Notes under the pieces: model-generated | Told to the model about the DNA's origin: nothing | The model's database searches: none | Seen by the model: the letters and a program-made list of their open reading frames with translations, nothing else | Program-made: the position numbers and the translations under genes | From: an uncultured Ilumatobacteraceae bacterium | Lineage (GTDB): Bacteria; Actinomycetota; Acidimicrobiia; Acidimicrobiales; Ilumatobacteraceae | DNA: 46,811 bases | Assembly: GCA_964592165.1 (NCBI GenBank) | Contig: CAZQEJ010000001.1 | Span: 19,527 to 66,337, forward strand | Direction of reading: 5' to 3' | Part shown: positions 43,440 through 46,811 of the stretch, piece by piece | How the letters are laid out: each line of letters opens with the position of its first letter | How positions within the stretch are numbered: the stretch's first letter is position 1

Positions 43440-44357
43440 TCAGTGGCTGTGCAATGCGGCGTTCAGCCCGCCCCACGAACCGCTGCGCGCGCGAGCTTCG
43501 ACGGTCCCGGTGCGCCCGTTGCGCAAGAACATCATGTTGTTCACCCCGGACAGCTCGCGAGCCTTGACCACCTCGCCGTCGGGGAGCGTCACCGGTGTCG
43601 AGGCCGTGAGATACAGGCCGGCCTCGACGACGCAGTCGTCGCCGAGGGAGATCCCCAGGCCCGCGTTCGCCCCGAGCAGGCAGCGTTCCCCGAGGGAGAT
43701 CGTCTCCTTGCCGCCGCCTGAGAGAGTGCCCATGATTGACGCGCCGCCACCGATGTCCGATCCGTCGCCGACGACGACACCGGCGGAGATCCGCCCCTCG
43801 ACCATCGAGGCGCCCAGCGTGCCGGCGTTGAAGTTGCAGAAACCCTCGTGCATGACGACCGTCCCACTGGCCAGATGGGCCCCGAGGCGGACCCGGTCGG
43901 CATCGGCGATGCGCACCCCGGAGGGAACGACGTAGTCGAGCATCCGGGGGAACTTGTCCACGCTGCGCACCGTGAGCAGGCGCCCGGCGCGGCGCTCGGC
44001 GAGCTGGACGGCGGCGAGGTCGTCGATCGCCACCGGCCCGAGGTTCGTCCAGGCGACGTTCGTCAACGCCCCGAACACACCGTCGAGGTTGATCGTGCGC
44101 GGCGCGGCGACCCTCCCGGAGAGAAGGTGCAAGCGCAGATAGGCGTCGACCGCCTCGGCCGGGGCGATCGAGGTGTCGATCACCAGCGAGGTGGGGAGCA
44201 TCTCGACGCGGCGCAGCGGGTCCGCCGTCGCCGGAGGGAGCGCGGCGAGCGCCGCGGCATCGACGGTGTCCCCCCAACCGAACGTCGGGTACCACACGTC
44301 GAGCGTCGCTCCCCGCGAGTCGCGGGTCTCGATGCCGGCACCCCAGGCAGCAGGCAT
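43440..44357 (-). CDS. dapD: 2,3,4,5-tetrahydropyridine-2,6-dicarboxylate N-succinyltransferase (actinobacterial type)
   Basis: 305 aa from the ATG at 44357. Long collinear similarity to mycobacterial DapD as I recall it ([74 protein letters not shown] hexapeptide repeats). Confidence 0.9.
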   Translation of the reverse strand: MPAAWGAGIETRDSRGATLDVWYPTFGWGDTVDAAALAALPPATADPLRRVEMLPTSLVIDTSIAPAEAVDAYLRLHLLSGRVAAPRTINLDGVFGALTNVAWTNLGPVAIDDLAAVQLAERRAGRLLTVRSVDKFPRMLDYVVPSGVRIADADRVRLGAHLASGTVVMHEGFCNFNAGTLGASMVEGRISAGVVVGDGSDIGGGASIMGTLSGGGKETISLGERCLLGANAGLGISLGDDCVVEAGLYLTASTPVTLPDGEVVKARELSGVNNMMFLRNGRTGTVEARARSGSWGGLNAALHSH

Positions 44358-44359
44358 GG

Positions 44360-45895
44360 TCAGAACACCTCCGGGCGGAGAGTGGGGAACAGCAGGACTT
44401 CCTTGATCGAATCCGTGCCGGCGAGGAGCATCGCGACGCGGTCCATGCCGATGCCGAGGCCTCCGGTCGGGGGCATCCCGTACTCCAGGGCGCGCAGGTA
44501 GTCCTCGTCGACGGTGCCCGCCTCGGCGTCGCCCGCCTCCTTGGCCCGTTGCTCGTCCTCGAAGCGGGCCCGCTGTTCGCGTGGGTCGTTCAGCTCGGAG
44601 TAGCCGTTGGCCAGTTCCCGCCGGCCGACGAACAGCTCGAACCGCTCCGTCAGGGCGGGATCGTCGCGGTCGGCGCGGGCCAGCGGGGAGACCTCCACCG
44701 GGTGGCCGGTGACGAACGTCGGGGCGACGAGCGAGGACTCCGCCGTCGCCTCGAACAGCTCTTCGATCAGCTTGCCTGGCCCCCAATGCGGCTCGTAGTG
44801 CACGTCATGGGCATCGGCGAGTTGGCGAGCTCGGGCAACGGGCATCGTCGGGTGGACCTCCTCGCCGACCGCCTCGGCGACGAGGTCGATCATCCGCGCC
44901 CGCCGCCACGGTTCGGCGAGATCGAGCGGGTGCCCGTCGACCTCGACGACGGTGGAACCGGTCGCGTCGAGCGCGGCGGTGCGGATCAGCGTCTCGGTGA
45001 TCCCCATCACCTCGGAGTAGTCGCCGAACGCCCAGTACAGCTCGAGCATCGTGAACTCGGGGTTGTGCCGGGTGGAGATCCCCTCGTTGCGGAAGATCCG
45101 CCCGATCTCGTAGACCCTCTCCATTCCCCCGACGATCAACCGCTTGAGGTGCAGCTCGAGAGCGATGCGCAGGTAGAGGGTCATGTTCAGCGCGTTGTGG
45201 TGGGTGACGAACGGTCGGGCGTGGGCCCCGCCGGGCTCGACGTGGAGGACGGGCGTCTCCACCTCGATGAACCCGTGCGCGTCGAGCGTGCGGCGGAAGC
45301 TGGAGATCAGCGCGTGGCGGACCTCGAAGACCCGCCGGGCCTCGGCGTTGACGATCAGATCGGCGTAGCGCTGGCGGTAGCGGGTGTCGGTGTCGGTCAG
45401 TCCCCGCCACTTGTCCGGGAGCGGACGGACGGCCTTGGCCAGCAGTTCGAAGCTCTCGACGCGCAGCGACAGCTCACCCTTGCGCGTCGTCATCATCGTT
45501 CCCTCGGCGCCGACCCAGTCGCCGAGGTCGAGCGCGCCGAACGCAGCGAACGCGTCGTCGCCGACGACCGCCTTGGAGACGAACAGCTGCAGCTCACCGG
45601 AGCGGTCGCGCATCGTGGCAAAGATCAGCTTGCCCTGGGTGCGGATCAGCATCAGGCGTCCGGCGATGCGGGCCCGATCCTCCGTCTCGGTTCCCGGTGG
45701 CAGGTCGCCGTGCACGGCGCGCAGCTCGGCGAGGGTCGCGCTGCGATCGAAGCGATACGGGTAGGGCTGACCGCCCGCGGCGCGCAGCGCGTCGATCTTG
45801 GCGAACCTGTGCGACCGCTCCGCGTCGAGCCCGCTCCCCGCCGTCACCTCGCCGGCGCTCGGCTCGGCGGTCTCCTCGGTCCTTGGCTGATCCAC
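44360..45895 (-). CDS. lysS: Lysine--tRNA ligase, class II
   Basis: 511 aa with a GTG start. OB anticodon-binding domain plus class II motifs ([44 protein letters not shown]). Confidence 0.95.
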   Translation of the reverse strand: MDQPRTEETAEPSAGEVTAGSGLDAERSHRFAKIDALRAAGGQPYPYRFDRSATLAELRAVHGDLPPGTETEDRARIAGRLMLIRTQGKLIFATMRDRSGELQLFVSKAVVGDDAFAAFGALDLGDWVGAEGTMMTTRKGELSLRVESFELLAKAVRPLPDKWRGLTDTDTRYRQRYADLIVNAEARRVFEVRHALISSFRRTLDAHGFIEVETPVLHVEPGGAHARPFVTHHNALNMTLYLRIALELHLKRLIVGGMERVYEIGRIFRNEGISTRHNPEFTMLELYWAFGDYSEVMGITETLIRTAALDATGSTVVEVDGHPLDLAEPWRRARMIDLVAEAVGEEVHPTMPVARARQLADAHDVHYEPHWGPGKLIEELFEATAESSLVAPTFVTGHPVEVSPLARADRDDPALTERFELFVGRRELANGYSELNDPREQRARFEDEQRAKEAGDAEAGTVDEDYLRALEYGMPPTGGLGIGMDRVAMLLAGTDSIKEVLLFPTLRPEVF

Positions 45896-46014
45896 GAGGG
45901 TGCGACCCTACCGCTCCTGTCGCTGATGGGTCCCGTCCGTCCCGCAGTGCCGGGCGGGCTGTCCGCGCGGCGTGACCGGCCACCGGGCATGCGCTCGGGT
46001 ACGTTGCCCGTCCC

Positions 46015-46811
46015 GTGACCCGCCGGCCGTCGTCGTACCTGCTCCTCGGTGCGCTCCTCGCCGTGGTGTTCGCCGGTAGCAGCGCGGCCGCCAGTGGTTC
46101 GTCGGTCGCCGCATCGCCCGCTGCGGTGCCGGCCGCGGCGAGCGGTCCCTCCTCCTCCGCCGCCGCCGGCGGCAGCTCGGCGGCCGGCGAGGTGGCGACC
46201 GCGACGGTGACGGCGATGCGCGCCGGTGCGGTCGCCGACATGGTCAGCGTCAGTGCCTCGAGTCGCCTCCCGCCGCCGGTCGTGGACGCCGCGCTGCGCG
46301 CCGCGGCCGCCGCCGGCGGCGTCGCCCTTCCCGGCGGCGCCTCTCAGATCGGGCTTCTCGCCGTCCGCCGTGGCGGTGTCGCCCTTCAACAAGCTCCGGC
46401 GGGGTACCGCTACCCGGTCGGGCTGACCGTCCTCCCGGTCGAAGCAGCGATGGCCGCGATGGGTCCGGCCGTGTCCGGCGTGCTCGCCCTCGGCCGAGTC
46501 GTCCTCTCCGAGACGGGCGCGTCGCTCCGCAACGGGGTCGCTCCCGGGGACACGCTCGACGTCGTCGGGCGCGGCGGGGAGGTCGTGAACCTCGTCGTCG
46601 GTGCGATCGTCCCCGATGCCGGCGTCGGCGGTGCCGAGCTCGTCGCCCGCCAGGAGGAGGCCGATCTGCTCGGGGCTGGAGCCACGACCCGGGTGCTGAT
46701 CTGGGGCATGCGCTCGCGCGCCGAGATCGACCGGTCGTTGGCGGCGAACGGGTTGATCGCTCCCGTGGCGCGCGTGGAGCGGTCGTGGGACCCGCTGCGC
46801 CCGGACGCGAC
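46015..46811 (+). CDS. Secreted hypothetical protein, N-terminal fragment (runs off the window)
   Basis: It is not in the ORF track because no stop is reached. The GTG at 46015 opens a frame that stays open to 46811 with coding-like GC3. The N-terminus VTRRPSSYLLLGALLAVVFAGSSAAA looks like a signal peptide followed by an Ala/Ser-rich region. Confidence 0.45.
   Translation, partial: MTRRPSSYLLLGALLAVVFAGSSAAASGSSVAASPAAVPAAASGPSSSAAAGGSSAAGEVATATVTAMRAGAVADMVSVSASSRLPPPVVDAALRAAAAAGGVALPGGASQIGLLAVRRGGVALQQAPAGYRYPVGLTVLPVEAAMAAMGPAVSGVLALGRVVLSETGASLRNGVAPGDTLDVVGRGGEVVNLVVGAIVPDAGVGGAELVARQEEADLLGAGATTRVLIWGMRSRAEIDRSLAANGLIAPVARVERSWDPLRPDA

Noticed and set aside
45896-46014. Possible T-box or lysine (L-box) leader upstream of lysS-dapD
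   Set aside because: The region is about 119 nt and shared with a divergent gene. That is too short for either element, and I could not find a T-box consensus or a specifier-loop arrangement.
1-46811. Search for CRISPR arrays, tRNA/rRNA genes, IS elements, integrases, prophage genes, toxin-antitoxin pairs or known defence-system genes
   Set aside because: None were found by eye. All intergenic gaps are 172 bp or shorter. Apart from the tandemly triplicated binding-protein genes and their shared DNA tracts, the only repeats seen are the 16-bp duplication at 9184 and the linker repeats at 37252. No transposase, recombinase, nuclease or ATPase defence signatures were seen in any credible frame.

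Overview
This is a 46.8-kb, visibly very GC-rich chromosomal segment with Actinomycetota hallmarks: CarD, an MMPL transporter, actinobacterial-type DapD, a PucR regulator, Ala/Thr-linker lipoproteins and GTG/TTG starts. I call about 43 densely packed protein genes. Many are translationally coupled through ATGA/GTGA overlaps. By eye I found no rRNA, tRNA, CRISPR array, transposase, integrase, phage gene, recognisable defence system or toxin-antitoxin pair. Gene content in order:
- 1-8.8 kb: a partial GH63-like hydrolase; a minus-strand catabolic block (Zn-ADH, FGGY kinase, two VOC proteins, a DhnA-type class I aldolase); a divergent aldehyde dehydrogenase; a PucR regulator; an amidohydrolase.
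- 8.9-14 kb: a CstR-like sulfur-stress module (His-less CsoR-family repressor, Cys-rich microprotein, two palindromic operators, CstB-like persulfide dioxygenase-rhodanese fusion, TauE exporter) and an MMPL transporter.
- 14-21 kb: SMP-30 lactonase-like protein, carD, a GS-like ligase with SDR, VOC, HIBADH-like and GMC oxidoreductases.
- 21-28 kb: cspA, metH, pepA and a sulfatase.
- 28-30 kb: a conserved hypothetical protein divergent from a rhodanese-ThiF/MoeB fusion with reversed domain order.
- 30-39 kb: a Liv-type ABC system (fused LivHM permease, LivG, LivF, a coupled small membrane protein) facing three tandem paralogous Cys-rich lipoprotein binding proteins.
- 39-46.8 kb: EamA transporter, M50 protease, nitroreductase, GT2, a limonene-epoxide-hydrolase-like protein, a lysS-dapD pair and a partial secreted protein.

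My best candidates for something under-described:
1. The CstR-like module, with twin operators exactly 100 bp apart and an uncharacterised Cys-rich microprotein.
2. The triplicated ten-cysteine binding proteins, together with the atypical permease and accessory membrane protein.
3. The N-terminal-rhodanese ThiF enzyme that has no sulfur-carrier gene nearby.
4. The tightly coupled ADH-kinase-VOC operon next to a class I aldolase.

None of these is demonstrably novel from sequence alone. All family assignments come from motif recognition by eye, not from database searches. The many long antisense ORFs in the supplied track look like GC-driven artefacts.
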